Assembly (NCBI RefSeq): GCF_040938485.1
Contig: NW_027272185.1
Location: 310,001-374,000 of the forward strand
Origin: Diadema antillarum
Taxonomy: Eukaryota
Direction of reading: 5' to 3'
Length of the DNA: 64,000 nt
In this document: piece by piece, positions 63,956-64,000 of the stretch
How positions within the stretch are numbered: the stretch's first letter is position 1
How the letters are laid out: the number at the start of each line of letters is the position of its first letter
The notes under the pieces: generated by a model
The model's input: only the letters and a program-made list of their open reading frames with translations
The model's database searches: none
Told to the model about the DNA's origin: nothing
Program-made: the position numbers and the translations under genes

Positions 63956-64000
63956 CAGTGGCGGATCCAGAGGAGGGCTCAACGGGCGCGCGCACCTCTT
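63956..64000. mobile_element. Left end of another CAGTGGCGGATCC element, cut by the window edge
   Basis: Begins CAGTGGCGGATCCAG, the reverse complement of the right end of the 52277-52443 copy. Confidence 0.65.

Overview
Eukaryotic (metazoan) genomic DNA, not prokaryotic: spliceosomal GT-AG introns, microsatellites, LINE/SINE/MITE relics and three N-gaps. The repeat content and protein character suggest an invertebrate deuterostome such as a sea urchin (inference only). I reconstructed four protein-coding genes by hand with phase-consistent splice sites. (1) An 11-coding-exon minus-strand gene (6160-15478, about 860 aa): N-terminal beta-propeller-like domain, charged linker built from duplicated exons, ZU5-UPA, C-terminal death domain; no signal peptide or TM helix seen. 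Most of its exons are absent from the supplied ORF track. (2) A 4-exon SLC16/MCT-family MFS transporter (minus, 20571-35469, about 585 aa). (3) A 10-exon adenylate kinase 8 orthologue (plus, 40083-48536, 483 aa). (4) An intronless class A GPCR (minus, 61012-62151) with unusual microswitch residues. The most unexpected non-coding signal is an array at 1070-1468: five copies of a 27-nt stem-loop with compensatory base changes, a possible covarying loop pseudoknot and a conserved 3' tail, separated by divergent spacers. It is CRISPR-like in layout, but it sits in an animal genome with no cas genes. Transposon relics include an internally deleted PIF/Harbinger element, nested MITEs with intact TSDs and L2-type LINE ends.
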